35,047 bases of DNA from an uncultured bacterium (GTDB lineage Bacteria; CAYJRR01): positions 1 through 35,047 of the forward strand of contig CAYJRR010000039.1 of assembly GCA_964372275.1 (NCBI GenBank), given 5' to 3'. Shown in pieces: positions 18,340 through 26,891 of this stretch; position 1 is the first letter of the stretch; each line of letters begins with the position of its first letter. The position numbers and the translations under genes were made by a program. The notes beneath the pieces are model-generated. The model saw only the letters and a list, made by a program, of their open reading frames with translations, was not told the DNA's origin and searched no databases.

Positions 18340-19830
18340 ATGCAGGCGACGCGCGACGAACTCGAGCTCCTGGTCCGGTCCCGGTACCCGATCCTCTACC
18401 TGCTGTCGTGGGAGGAGGGCCGGAGCGAACGGCTGCTCCGCGAGCTGGGGAGCTCCCTCCACAAAAAGGTCTACGTCTGGACCGCCACCCAGGGGTTCGA
18501 AGGGGGGATCGCCTCCGACGACCGGTCGCCGGCCGCGGCGCTCGCCCAGGTCGCCTCGTCGCCGGAGCGCGCGATCTTCGTGTTGAAAGACTTCCACGCG
18601 CACCTCGACCGGCCGGAGGTGGTGCGCGCGATGCGCGACGCCGTCGGCAGCCTGAAGCAGAGCTTCAAGACCCTGGTGATCCTCTCGCCTGTCCTGTCGA
18701 TCCCGCGGGAGCTGGAGAAGGACGTCACGGTGATCGACGTCCCGCTTCCGGACGCCGCCGAGGTGGGGGCGATCCTCGACGGGATCATCCGGAGCGTGAG
18801 GAACGATCCGCGGGTCTCGGTCGACGCCGGTCCGGAGCTGCGCGAGCGGATCGTGAAGGCGGCGCTGGGACTGACCGCCAACGAGGCGGAGAACGTCTTC
18901 GCCAAGGCGGTGGTGCACGGTCGCCGCCTCGACGAAAGCGACCTGCCGCTGATCCTGGCGGAGAAGAAGCAGATCCTCCGCAAGATGGGGATGCTCGAGT
19001 ACTACGACAACGAGGAAGGGATCGACGAGGTCGGGGGGCTCGACGAGCTGAAGCGGTGGCTGCGCACGCGGTCGTCGGCCTTCAGCGAACGGGCGCGCGC
19101 CTTCGGACTTCCGGAGCCGAAGGGGCTGCTCCTCCTCGGCGTGCAGGGCTGTGGCAAGAGCCTCACCGCGAAGGCGATCGCCAGCCAGTGGAAGTTGCCG
19201 CTCCTGCGCCTCGACGTCGGCAGCCTGTTCGGTTCCTTCATCGGCAGCAGCGAGGAGAACCTTCGCAAGGCGATCCGGATCGCGGAGTCGTTGAGCCCGT
19301 GCGTGCTGTGGCTGGACGAGATCGAGAAGGGATTCTCCGGCGTCGGCGGCGGAGGCCATAGCGACGGCGGCACGTCGGCGCGCGTCTTCGGCGGCTTCCT
19401 CACCTGGCTGCAGGAGAAGAGAAAGCCGGTTTTCGTGGTGGCGACGTCCAACAAGATCGAGGACCTGCCGCCCGAGCTGCTTCGGAAGGGGCGGTTCGAC
19501 GAGATCTTCTTCGTCGACCTTCCCGACGGACCGGAGCGCGAGACGATCTTTGCCATCCACCTCCGCAAGAAGCGCCGCGATCCGGCCGCCTTCGATCTCC
19601 GCCGCCTGGCGGGCTTGGCGGAGGGTTTCAGTGGGGCGGAGATCGAGGCGGCGTTGGTGGAGGCGATGTACGAGGCGTTTGCCGCTTCGCGCGAAGTCAC
19701 CTCGGGGGACGTCGAGGCCGCGCTGCGCGGGACGGTTCCGTTGTCGCGGACGAGCAGCGAGTCGATCTCACGGCTCCGCTCGTGGGCCGCCGACCGCGCG
19801 CGGCCGGCGAGCAGCAAAGGGGTCGCGTAG
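18340..19830 (+). CDS. Ycf46-like AAA+ ATPase (degenerate N-terminal AAA domain plus active C-terminal AAA domain)
   Basis: RSRYPILY, IFVLKDFH, EKKQI, VGGLDELKRWL, Walker A GVQGCGKS, Walker B VLWLDEIEKG, and LRKGRFDEIFFVDLP. Confidence 0.93.
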   Translation: MQATRDELELLVRSRYPILYLLSWEEGRSERLLRELGSSLHKKVYVWTATQGFEGGIASDDRSPAAALAQVASSPERAIFVLKDFHAHLDRPEVVRAMRDAVGSLKQSFKTLVILSPVLSIPRELEKDVTVIDVPLPDAAEVGAILDGIIRSVRNDPRVSVDAGPELRERIVKAALGLTANEAENVFAKAVVHGRRLDESDLPLILAEKKQILRKMGMLEYYDNEEGIDEVGGLDELKRWLRTRSSAFSERARAFGLPEPKGLLLLGVQGCGKSLTAKAIASQWKLPLLRLDVGSLFGSFIGSSEENLRKAIRIAESLSPCVLWLDEIEKGFSGVGGGGHSDGGTSARVFGGFLTWLQEKRKPVFVVATSNKIEDLPPELLRKGRFDEIFFVDLPDGPERETIFAIHLRKKRRDPAAFDLRRLAGLAEGFSGAEIEAALVEAMYEAFAASREVTSGDVEAALRGTVPLSRTSSESISRLRSWAADRARPASSKGVA

Positions 19831-21162
19831 ATGACCGAACGGAAGAAGCGCTTGGGCGAGATCCTGGTCGAAGGGAAGTTCGTCACGCTGGAGCAGTTCC
19901 AGGCAGCCGTCGCGCACCAGCGGCAGTGGGGAGGGAAAATCGGCTCGGCGCTGATCGAGAAGGGGTTCATCACCGAGGAGCAGATGGTGAAGGTACTCTC
20001 GGCCCAGCTCGGCGTGCCCGGCGTCTGCCTCTCCAAACTGACGGTCGCCCCGGACGTGATGGCCAAGATCCCTCGGGACCTGCAGGAGAAGCATCTGGCC
20101 ATGCCGATCGCCGTCGTGCCGGAGAAGAACCGCGAAGCGGTCGTCCTGGCGATCGCCAACCCGAGGAACGTGGCCGCCCTGGACGAGATCACCTTTGCGA
20201 CCGGTCTCAAGGTGAAGCAGGTGGTGGTCGCGTGCGAGATCGCGCTGAAGCGGCTGATCTTCGGCGGCAGCGGGCCGAAGGCGCCGGAACCGCCGTCGAA
20301 GTCGGAGAGCGACCTGCTGATGCAGGTGTTCCTCGGATCGGCCGAGCCGGGAGGCGTCCTGACCCACGACCCCGCCGCGGAACCGACCAACGTCATCGAT
20401 CCGGTCTCTTCCGACGATCTCCAGCCGGTCGAAGAGCTGTCGGAGCTCGAGCCGCTGCCCGAGGACGCGTTGATGGCGCTCACCGACGCGCACGAGAGAT
20501 CGAACGCCCCGGTGGCGTTCGAGACCCCGATGGCGCCGGCTCCGCCGTCGACCTCCGTCGGTCCGACGCCGGAGGCCGGTCTGGCGTCGGGCTCGTTCGA
20601 GGCGACCGAGCCTGACAGCGAAGCGTCGGCGCCGCCACCCTTCGCGGGGACGGAGGGCGCGCCGCGGACACCGCGCGAGAGCGTGGTGATCCCGGATCTC
20701 ACCGACCACGTTCCGATGCCCGACCTGGGGGCGCCTTCCGGCGCGGCGCCAGGATCGGTCGCGGACGCCGATCCGTTCGCGCTTCCCTACGAGCTGGTCA
20801 TGGAGAGCGGCGACGGCGCGTCGTCGAATCCGATCGCCGCGAAGTTCTCCACCTGGGGAGGTCGCGCCGAGGAGCCCGCGTCCGTCCGTGGAATTCCGGA
20901 GAGCTCGCAGCCGGGGGCCCGGATCGCGAGCTTGAGTCCCAGCGTCGTTCCGGTCTCGGCGTCGAGTCCGTCCTCGCCTCCGCCAGCGTCCGCCGGCGTC
21001 GCCGTCGGCGACACGCGCCCGGCGCCGTCGGAGGAACAGGCGGAGCTCAACGTCCTGTTCCGGCGCAAGGTGAAGCTGCTCAACGCGCTGGCGGAGCTGC
21101 TTCTGGAGAAGGGGATCCTCACCGAAGGGGAGATCAAGGAGAAGCTCGCCAAGAAGAAGTAA
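19831..21162 (+). CDS. MshEN/T2SSE_N domain protein lacking an ATPase domain (putative c-di-GMP receptor)
   Basis: Two 24-aa motifs, RLGEILVEGKFVTLEQFQAAVAHQ and KIGSALIEKGFITEEQMVKVLSAQ, joined by a 5-aa linker; LAIANP...DEITFATG; then a long acidic Pro/Ser tract and a C-terminal helix. Confidence 0.85.
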   Translation: MTERKKRLGEILVEGKFVTLEQFQAAVAHQRQWGGKIGSALIEKGFITEEQMVKVLSAQLGVPGVCLSKLTVAPDVMAKIPRDLQEKHLAMPIAVVPEKNREAVVLAIANPRNVAALDEITFATGLKVKQVVVACEIALKRLIFGGSGPKAPEPPSKSESDLLMQVFLGSAEPGGVLTHDPAAEPTNVIDPVSSDDLQPVEELSELEPLPEDALMALTDAHERSNAPVAFETPMAPAPPSTSVGPTPEAGLASGSFEATEPDSEASAPPPFAGTEGAPRTPRESVVIPDLTDHVPMPDLGAPSGAAPGSVADADPFALPYELVMESGDGASSNPIAAKFSTWGGRAEEPASVRGIPESSQPGARIASLSPSVVPVSASSPSSPPPASAGVAVGDTRPAPSEEQAELNVLFRRKVKLLNALAELLLEKGILTEGEIKEKLAKKK

Positions 21163-21278
21163 CGAAATCGTTCGTCGAAAGTTGACACCCTGCGTCACAA
21201 GCGGGCCTTGAACGGCCCCCGCGCGGGTGTCTACATTACGCATCCGTACAGCACCTTGGTTCACGGGAAAGGGAGAAC

Positions 21279-21485
21279 GTGGGCGGACGTGTGACGAAGT
21301 TCCAGGAGAACGAAAAGGTCCGGCTTCGGGTCGATCTGCCGGTGCACAACCTTCGTCGAGGCTCGATCGGCGCCGTCATCGGCGCCTTCGAGGATCCGGA
21401 CGAGGCCTACGAGGTCGAGTTCCTCGAGGGACGCGCGACGGTGACCTGCGTCCTGAAGCCGACGCAACTCGAACCGACGCGCTGA
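21279..21485 (+). CDS. DUF4926 domain small protein
   Basis: FQENEKVRLRVDLP..NLRRGSIGAVI....EAYEVEF pattern. The start may instead be GTG 21291. Confidence 0.8.
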   Translation: MGGRVTKFQENEKVRLRVDLPVHNLRRGSIGAVIGAFEDPDEAYEVEFLEGRATVTCVLKPTQLEPTR

Positions 21486-21530
21486 CGCGCCGACGAGCGC
21501 GGCCGGCGCGGCTCTGGTAGATTCGGCGCA

Positions 21531-21566
21531 GGGGTTCGGGGAGCCCCCGAGGGAGCCCGAAGGGCG
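21531..21566 (+). repeat. REP-like double-hairpin element, copy A
   Basis: GGGGTTCGGGGAGCCCCCGAGGGAGCCCGAAGGGCG; 30/36 identical to 29323-29358. Confidence 0.8.
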
Positions 21567-21571
21567 AAACG

Positions 21572-23566
21572 ATGCGTCGATTCGTCGGCCGCCGCGTGGG
21601 GCGGAAGCTGTCGATGGCGGTTTCCGCCATCCTCACCGTCTCCTCGCTCTTTTTCGTGGCGATGCTGCTTCGGGTCTCCCGAGGCACGCTCGGCGACCTG
21701 AACGACGCTTGGCTCGACATCCTGACCGACTCGGTTTCGGGCTCGATCGTGACGGTGATGGAGCAGGGACACGGCTCCGGGTTCCGGCGCGTGGTCCGTG
21801 ACGCCGCCGAGCACGAGAAGATTGAGGCGATCCGCGTCCTGAACCTCCAGGGGAAGATCGCCTTCTCCGCCGATCCCGGCGAGCAGGGACAGCAGGTCGA
21901 AGACGAGATCGCCGCCCGGCTCCCGATCCTCGCCCGCGGCGGGAGCGCCGCCAAGTGGTCCGAGGAATCGGAGTTGGCCGTTCGCGCGGAAGATCTGCCG
22001 GCGGCGTCGGAGGTGATGCTCCGGACGGTGCCGGGGCGGATCGTCGCGCTTCGTCCCATCCTCAACGAAGAGGCGTGCCGTCGCTGCCATGCCCGCGACC
22101 TGGACCAGCTCGGCGTGCTGCAGATCTCGGTCTCGACGGCCGGCTCCGACCTGCTCGTCGCGCGCTTCCAGCGGCTGTTCGGGACGCTCGCGTTCCTTCC
22201 GGTGCTGTTCGTGGTGGCCACGATCCTGCTGATGACCCGCGTGCTCGTGACCCGGCCGCTCAAGTCGCTGACCACCACCATCCAGAAGGCGTCGCAGGGC
22301 GACTTCCTGCACCGCGCGCACGTTCCCGGGAGCGACGAGATCGCCACGCTGGCCGCCGATTTCAACGGCATGCTGGGGCGGATCACGACGCTCACCGCAA
22401 TGAACCTCGAACGGGAACGGGAGCTGGCGGCGGCGCAGGAGGAGATGAAGGCCCGCGCGGCGCTGGACGAGAAGGCGAAGCTGATCGAGACCGCCAACCG
22501 CGAGCTGGGCGAGCGGAACCGCGAGCTGGCGATCCTGTTCGAGTTCGTGCAGCAGATCAACAGCACGCTCGACCTCCCGCGGCTGTTCGAGAGCCTCACC
22601 TCGATCGTGGCGGGAAAGCTCGGCTATCGGCAGTTCGTGGTGTTGCTGATGGACGCTTCCCGCGATCTGCTGGTGGTGAAGGCGACCCACGGCTTCGACG
22701 AAGCGGAGGAGATTCGCGGGATGACCTTCCGGAAAGGGGAGGGGATCGCCGGGGAATGTGCCCGCACCGGCGAGCGGATCCTGATCCCCGACACGCGCAA
22801 GGATTCGCGCTTCCTCCACTACAAGGGGAAACGCAGCGCCGACGGAGCGCTGCTGTGCGTCCCGATGAAGGCCAAGGACCAGGTGATGGGGGTGCTGGCC
22901 TTCGAGCGCTCGCTCTTGGAAGGGTTCAGCGAGAGCGAGATCGCCTTCCTCACCGCGATCACCAACGCCGCCGCGATCGCCATCGAGAACGCGCAGCTCT
23001 ACGCCCGCACGCGCGAGCTGTCGGCGACCGACGAGCTGACCAAAGTCGCCAACCGGCGCGCCTTCCAGGAACGGCTGGAACACGAGCTGCGGCGCGCCGA
23101 CCGATTCCACCGGCAGGCCTCGCTGCTGATGGTCGACATCGACTACTTCAAGCGGTTCAACGACACACACGGGCACCTGGAGGGGGACCAGGTGCTGGCC
23201 AAGGTCGCGGAGCTGTTCCGCGAGAACGTGCGCGAGGTCGACCTCGTCTCGCGCTTCGGTGGCGAGGAGTTCGTCATCCTGCTCCCCGACGCCGACAAGG
23301 TCGAGGCGGCCGCGGTGGCGGAGAAGCTCCGGTCGCGCGTCTTCCGCCACCGCTTCCCGCACGCCGAGACCCAGCCCACAGGAAGGCTCACGATCTCCGT
23401 CGGCGTCGCGAGCTACCCCGGCGACGCCACCGACTCGCTCTCCCTGGTGGAGTCGGCCGACTTCGCCCTCTACCGCGCCAAGGACACCGGCCGGAACCGG
23501 GTGGTCGTCTTCGACGAGACCCTTCGCCGCGACCTCGACCGCCAGCGTCTCGCCGGCAAGGCGTGA
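21572..23566 (+). CDS. Membrane diguanylate cyclase: periplasmic CxxCH sensor, HAMP, GAF, GGDEF
   Basis: Two TM helices flank a periplasmic domain containing CRRCH; HAMP (RPLKSL...DEIATLAADFNGM); GAF; TDELTKVANRR, DIDYFKRFND, RxxD I-site (REVD) and RFGGEEF. Confidence 0.95.
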   Translation: MRRFVGRRVGRKLSMAVSAILTVSSLFFVAMLLRVSRGTLGDLNDAWLDILTDSVSGSIVTVMEQGHGSGFRRVVRDAAEHEKIEAIRVLNLQGKIAFSADPGEQGQQVEDEIAARLPILARGGSAAKWSEESELAVRAEDLPAASEVMLRTVPGRIVALRPILNEEACRRCHARDLDQLGVLQISVSTAGSDLLVARFQRLFGTLAFLPVLFVVATILLMTRVLVTRPLKSLTTTIQKASQGDFLHRAHVPGSDEIATLAADFNGMLGRITTLTAMNLERERELAAAQEEMKARAALDEKAKLIETANRELGERNRELAILFEFVQQINSTLDLPRLFESLTSIVAGKLGYRQFVVLLMDASRDLLVVKATHGFDEAEEIRGMTFRKGEGIAGECARTGERILIPDTRKDSRFLHYKGKRSADGALLCVPMKAKDQVMGVLAFERSLLEGFSESEIAFLTAITNAAAIAIENAQLYARTRELSATDELTKVANRRAFQERLEHELRRADRFHRQASLLMVDIDYFKRFNDTHGHLEGDQVLAKVAELFRENVREVDLVSRFGGEEFVILLPDADKVEAAAVAEKLRSRVFRHRFPHAETQPTGRLTISVGVASYPGDATDSLSLVESADFALYRAKDTGRNRVVVFDETLRRDLDRQRLAGKA

Positions 23567-23600
23567 AGACGCGCCGCGGGAGGCCGACGGTCGACCAAGG

Positions 23601-23663
23601 CGCGGGGGGCTTGGGGGGCATCGGAGGACGGCCGCGAAGCGGCCACCGCACGGGCCCCCCTAA
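23601..23663. terminator. GC-rich nested hairpin between convergent genes (REP-like or bidirectional terminator)
   Basis: GGGGGGC (23613-23619) pairs with GCCCCCC (23654-23660) and encloses GGCCGC-GAA-GCGGCC (23630-23644). No U-tract. Confidence 0.5.
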
Positions 23664-23983
23664 TCCAACCTCTCGTCGTCGAGCTCGAGGCGATCGATCT
23701 TCTGTCCGCCGAGGGCGTGTTTGTCGATGATCTCGGCGACGTCGAGGGCGCGGACCTTCCCGTACCAGACGTTGTCCGGTTGGATGCAGACGGTCACGCC
23801 GTCGGCACACGGACCCATGCAGCCGGTGGCGATCAGCTTCACCTCGCCGCCGACCTTCCGCTTGTCGAGCTCGGCACGGAACTTCTGGAAGACGAGCGGC
23901 GCGAACTTGTCGTGGCACGACCCCTTGGGGTGCCCCCCCTCGCGCTCCTGGGTGCAGACCAGGATGATCCGTGTCGGCTTCAT
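23660..23983 (-). CDS. Thioredoxin-like [2Fe-2S] ferredoxin
   Basis: Four-Cys pattern VCTQER...GSC...GCMGPCADG followed by QPDNVWYG. Confidence 0.93.
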   Translation of the reverse strand: MKPTRIILVCTQEREGGHPKGSCHDKFAPLVFQKFRAELDKRKVGGEVKLIATGCMGPCADGVTVCIQPDNVWYGKVRALDVAEIIDKHALGGQKIDRLELDDERLD

Positions 23984-24032
23984 CGTCCCCCCGAGTGTAA
24001 CACCGCGGTCCGCGTCCGGACGCCGGCGTCGA

Positions 24033-24995
24033 TCAACGGGACGATTCGTCCACCCGGACCAGCGCGAAGTAGGCGTCGGGATTGAGGAGGTTTCGGACCA
24101 CCCACGGCGCGCCGGCCCCGCTCTTTTTCGCGTAGCCGATCGAGACGTGCTCCGAGACCTTGAACATCCGATCCTGCAGCCAGCCGAATCCGATGGCGGC
24201 GCCCAGCCGGTCGGTGTTGCCGGCGGGTACGGGGAAACCGGTCGGGCGTGGGGCGTCGGCCGGCGGTCTGCGCGCGTAGTCGATCCGCACCGAGCCGTCG
24301 GGAATCTCCTCCGCTCCGAACCAGCCGTCGCCGATCCACGCGCTCGTCGACGAGACGTTGATCCCCCACAGGGCGCCGTTCGCATCGCGATAGAAGTGCT
24401 TCGCGAATTCGCGCGGCGCGGGTCGGCCGAGATTGTTGAAACCGAGATGCCGGACGCGGGTGACGTCCGGCACGCCGGCCGGAACGAAGTGTGCCGAGGG
24501 AAGGGCGTTCCCCTCGAACCGGTGGTAGAGCCGTTTCAGACCTTCTGCCGAGAGCGACCGCACGGCGGACTCGCGATCGGCGGGGCCGAGCGCGTCGAGG
24601 CCGCGCGCGATCACGTCGCTCGGGAGAGCGGCGGGCTCGAGGAGCAGCAGGTCGTCGAGCTCGCGAGCCAGGTTCGAAGCGGGGAGTTCGCGCATCGCGA
24701 GAAACCGCTTCGGGCGAGGGTCTCTTCCTTCGAGCTGAACCCGTGAGGCGTCGATCCACCGGTCGACGGTGGCTCGCCGCATTCCGCGGCGCACCGGCAG
24801 CGAGACCAACGTCCCTTCGACGTCGACGTGAACGGTTCCGTCCGCGGCGATTCGGGGCTCGAGTCCGAGGGCCTGGCCGAGGACGCGCCCCATCTCGGCG
24901 ATCGGATCGATCGGCGTCGCACAGTCGGAGGCGCGGGCGGCGGACGGGAGGAGCAGCACGAGGAAGGCGAGCGGAAGGCGGCGGAATCGATTCAT
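24033..24995 (-). CDS. Secreted hypothetical protein
   Basis: Signal peptide MNRFRRLPLAFLVLLLPSAARA; normal codon pattern; no family recognised. Confidence 0.75.
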   Translation of the reverse strand: MNRFRRLPLAFLVLLLPSAARASDCATPIDPIAEMGRVLGQALGLEPRIAADGTVHVDVEGTLVSLPVRRGMRRATVDRWIDASRVQLEGRDPRPKRFLAMRELPASNLARELDDLLLLEPAALPSDVIARGLDALGPADRESAVRSLSAEGLKRLYHRFEGNALPSAHFVPAGVPDVTRVRHLGFNNLGRPAPREFAKHFYRDANGALWGINVSSTSAWIGDGWFGAEEIPDGSVRIDYARRPPADAPRPTGFPVPAGNTDRLGAAIGFGWLQDRMFKVSEHVSIGYAKKSGAGAPWVVRNLLNPDAYFALVRVDESSR

Positions 24996-25021
24996 GCGGC
25001 GCGCGCGATGCAAGGACGGTT

Positions 25022-25047
25022 CCGAAATGAATACCTATTCATTTCGG
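25022..25047. promoter_or_regulatory. Perfect palindromic operator-like site CCGAAATGAATA-CC-TATTCATTTCGG
   Basis: Perfect 12-bp arms with a 2-bp spacer, AT-rich in a high-GC background, 26 bp upstream of ATG 24995. Confidence 0.8.
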
Positions 25048-25130
25048 GCGATTTCGCGCCGGCCCCGTGTAGAACCGACCCGCCGCCGGGACGCGCGGTC
25101 CCCTCTTGCATTGTTGCGCGGCCCGGCCGA

Positions 25131-25847
25131 TCAGAAGTTACGGAGGATGCGGTCGCGCGGGAGGCCGGCGGCGAGCAGGGCCGATTCGACGGCGGCGAGG
25201 AAGGCCTTGCCGCCGGCGACGAAGGCGGTGGTTCGTGCCGCGTCGGGCGGGAGATCGGCGAGGGTGGCGACGACGTAGCCGACGCGGCCGGTCCAGGTGC
25301 CGCCGTCGGGACGACTCAAGGAGGGCTCGACCGTGATTCCGCCGGCGCGCCAGTCGTCGAATCGATCGCGGTAGGCGAGGTCGTCCCGGCGGCGCGCGCC
25401 GAACAGCAACGTCACGCGCCCGAACTCGGAACGCCGCTCGATCACGTGCTCGACGAGCGATCGGATGGCGGAGATCCCCGAGCCGCCGGCGCAGAGGATC
25501 AGGTCGCGCCCGGTCTGGTCGTCGAGCGGAAACCCGGCGCCGGCGGGTGGACCGACCTCGACGAGCTCCCCGGGGCCGAGCGCGAAGATCCGGTCGGCGG
25601 CGGACGGATCGGCGGGGACCACCTCCGACCGCTGCACCAGGAGCTCGAGCCGATCGCGGCCGGGCGGATTGGCCAACGCGAAGAAGCCGGCCTTCGCCGA
25701 GCCTGCCGCCCGGGCTTGGACGTACTGCCCGGGCCGCCGATGCGCCGTCTCGAGGTCGCCCCCCGACGGCGCGAGCACGAGGGCGCGCAGGCGCTCCCCT
25801 TCGTTCCAGACCCGCTCGATCGGAACGGTGCGGAGATCGTCGGGCAC
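25131..25847 (-). CDS. FAD/NAD(P)-binding oxidoreductase, ferredoxin-NADP reductase-like
   Basis: PGQYV, FFALANPP, AGGSGISAIRS and LLFGARRRDDLAY motifs; ends in NF. Confidence 0.88.
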   Translation of the reverse strand: MPDDLRTVPIERVWNEGERLRALVLAPSGGDLETAHRRPGQYVQARAAGSAKAGFFALANPPGRDRLELLVQRSEVVPADPSAADRIFALGPGELVEVGPPAGAGFPLDDQTGRDLILCAGGSGISAIRSLVEHVIERRSEFGRVTLLFGARRRDDLAYRDRFDDWRAGGITVEPSLSRPDGGTWTGRVGYVVATLADLPPDAARTTAFVAGGKAFLAAVESALLAAGLPRDRILRNF

Positions 25848-25854
25848 GGGCCGG

Positions 25855-25882
25855 ATTCTGCAAGACGCGGCGCGAGAGTCAA
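25855..25882 (-). promoter_or_regulatory. Putative sigma70-type promoter of the FNR-like gene (probably leaderless)
   Basis: TTGACT (25882-25877), 16-nt spacer, CAGAAT (25860-25855), then 7 nt to GTG 25847; no RBS. Confidence 0.55.
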
Positions 25883-25883
25883 A

Positions 25884-25952
25884 GGGGGTTCGGCGGAGCT
25901 CCCCCGTGGAGCACGAAGGCGCGGAACGATCCCCGGGTCAGCCCGAAGGGCG
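25884..25952 (+). repeat. REP-like element, divergent copy
   Basis: GGGGGTTCGG...CCCCCG followed by AGCCCGAAGGGCG (25940-25952), which overlaps the YihY stop region. Confidence 0.6.
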
Positions 25953-26855
25953 GGACGTTCCGAAGCGGAGCTTGGGGAGCAGGCGCAGCGGGACGTGGCG
26001 CCGGCGCGGGCCGGCGGCCGGCGGCCGATGCGCGTCGAGCACGGCGTTCACCTCCGCTCCGATCACCAGCGCGGCGGAGGAGAGGTAGAGCCAGAGCAGA
26101 AGGGCGACGAACCCGCCGAGCGCGCCGTAGACGACCGACATCCGCGGCGTGCGCTCGAGGTAGACGGCGAGCAGACGGTTGGTGGCGAGCAGCCCCGCGG
26201 CGGAGACGACCGCTCCGGGGGAGAGCGGCCTCCACCGCCCCCGGGTCTCGGGAGCGATCCGGTAGAGGAGCATCAGCCAGGCGAACGCCCCGACCGCCAG
26301 AAGCGGCCACCGGAGGAGGTCGACCGCCGGCGCGATCGATGCCAGTCCGACGCGGGCGAGGGCGCGGGCGATCAGTCCGCCGGCCACGGCGTAGAGAGCG
26401 GGGAGGTAGAGCAGCAGCGCCCCCGCCGCCGTCAGCCACAGGGCGATCAGCCGGCGCTTCCAGGGCCGCCGCCGCTCCTTCACGCCGTAGGCGCGGTTCA
26501 CCGCCGTCACCAGCAGCGCGGCCCCCGCCGTCGCCGCCCAGGCGGCGAGGACGAGCGAGGCGGTCATCTCCCCGGTGCGGTCGCCCGCCGCGATCTCCGC
26601 CAGTCTCCTGTCAATGATCCGGTCGATCTCGTCCGGCAGACCGCCGGTGAGCTCGTGCGGCAGGTGCCCGAGATCGCCGGGATCGAGGCCCAGCAGCGCC
26701 GCCAGCGAGACGACGAAGATCAGGAAAGGGAAGAGGGAGAAGACGAAGGCGTAGGCGCACTGCGACGCAAGCCCACGCACGTCGTCCTCGCGGATCTTGC
26801 GGATCAGCCGCCGCAGGAACTCCACCGGCCCGAGCCTCTCCCCGACGACGCGCAT
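25938..26855 (-). CDS. YihY/virulence factor BrkB family membrane protein
   Basis: LASQCAYAFVFSLFPFL, VNRAYGVKERR, PGAVVS and YGALGGFVALLLWLYLSSAALVIGAEVNA; about 6 TM helices. Confidence 0.93.
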   Translation of the reverse strand: MRVVGERLGPVEFLRRLIRKIREDDVRGLASQCAYAFVFSLFPFLIFVVSLAALLGLDPGDLGHLPHELTGGLPDEIDRIIDRRLAEIAAGDRTGEMTASLVLAAWAATAGAALLVTAVNRAYGVKERRRPWKRRLIALWLTAAGALLLYLPALYAVAGGLIARALARVGLASIAPAVDLLRWPLLAVGAFAWLMLLYRIAPETRGRWRPLSPGAVVSAAGLLATNRLLAVYLERTPRMSVVYGALGGFVALLLWLYLSSAALVIGAEVNAVLDAHRPPAAGPRRRHVPLRLLPKLRFGTSRPSG

Positions 26856-26891
26856 CGGCATTCCGGCTGCGCACGATGCGTCCGGGCGCAA

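Noticed and set aside
21163..21278. Possible c-di-GMP riboswitch between the MshEN gene and the cyclase
   Set aside because: A GAAA is present, but the GEMM P1/P2 architecture and conserved flanking nucleotides could not be matched by eye; an Infernal search would settle it.
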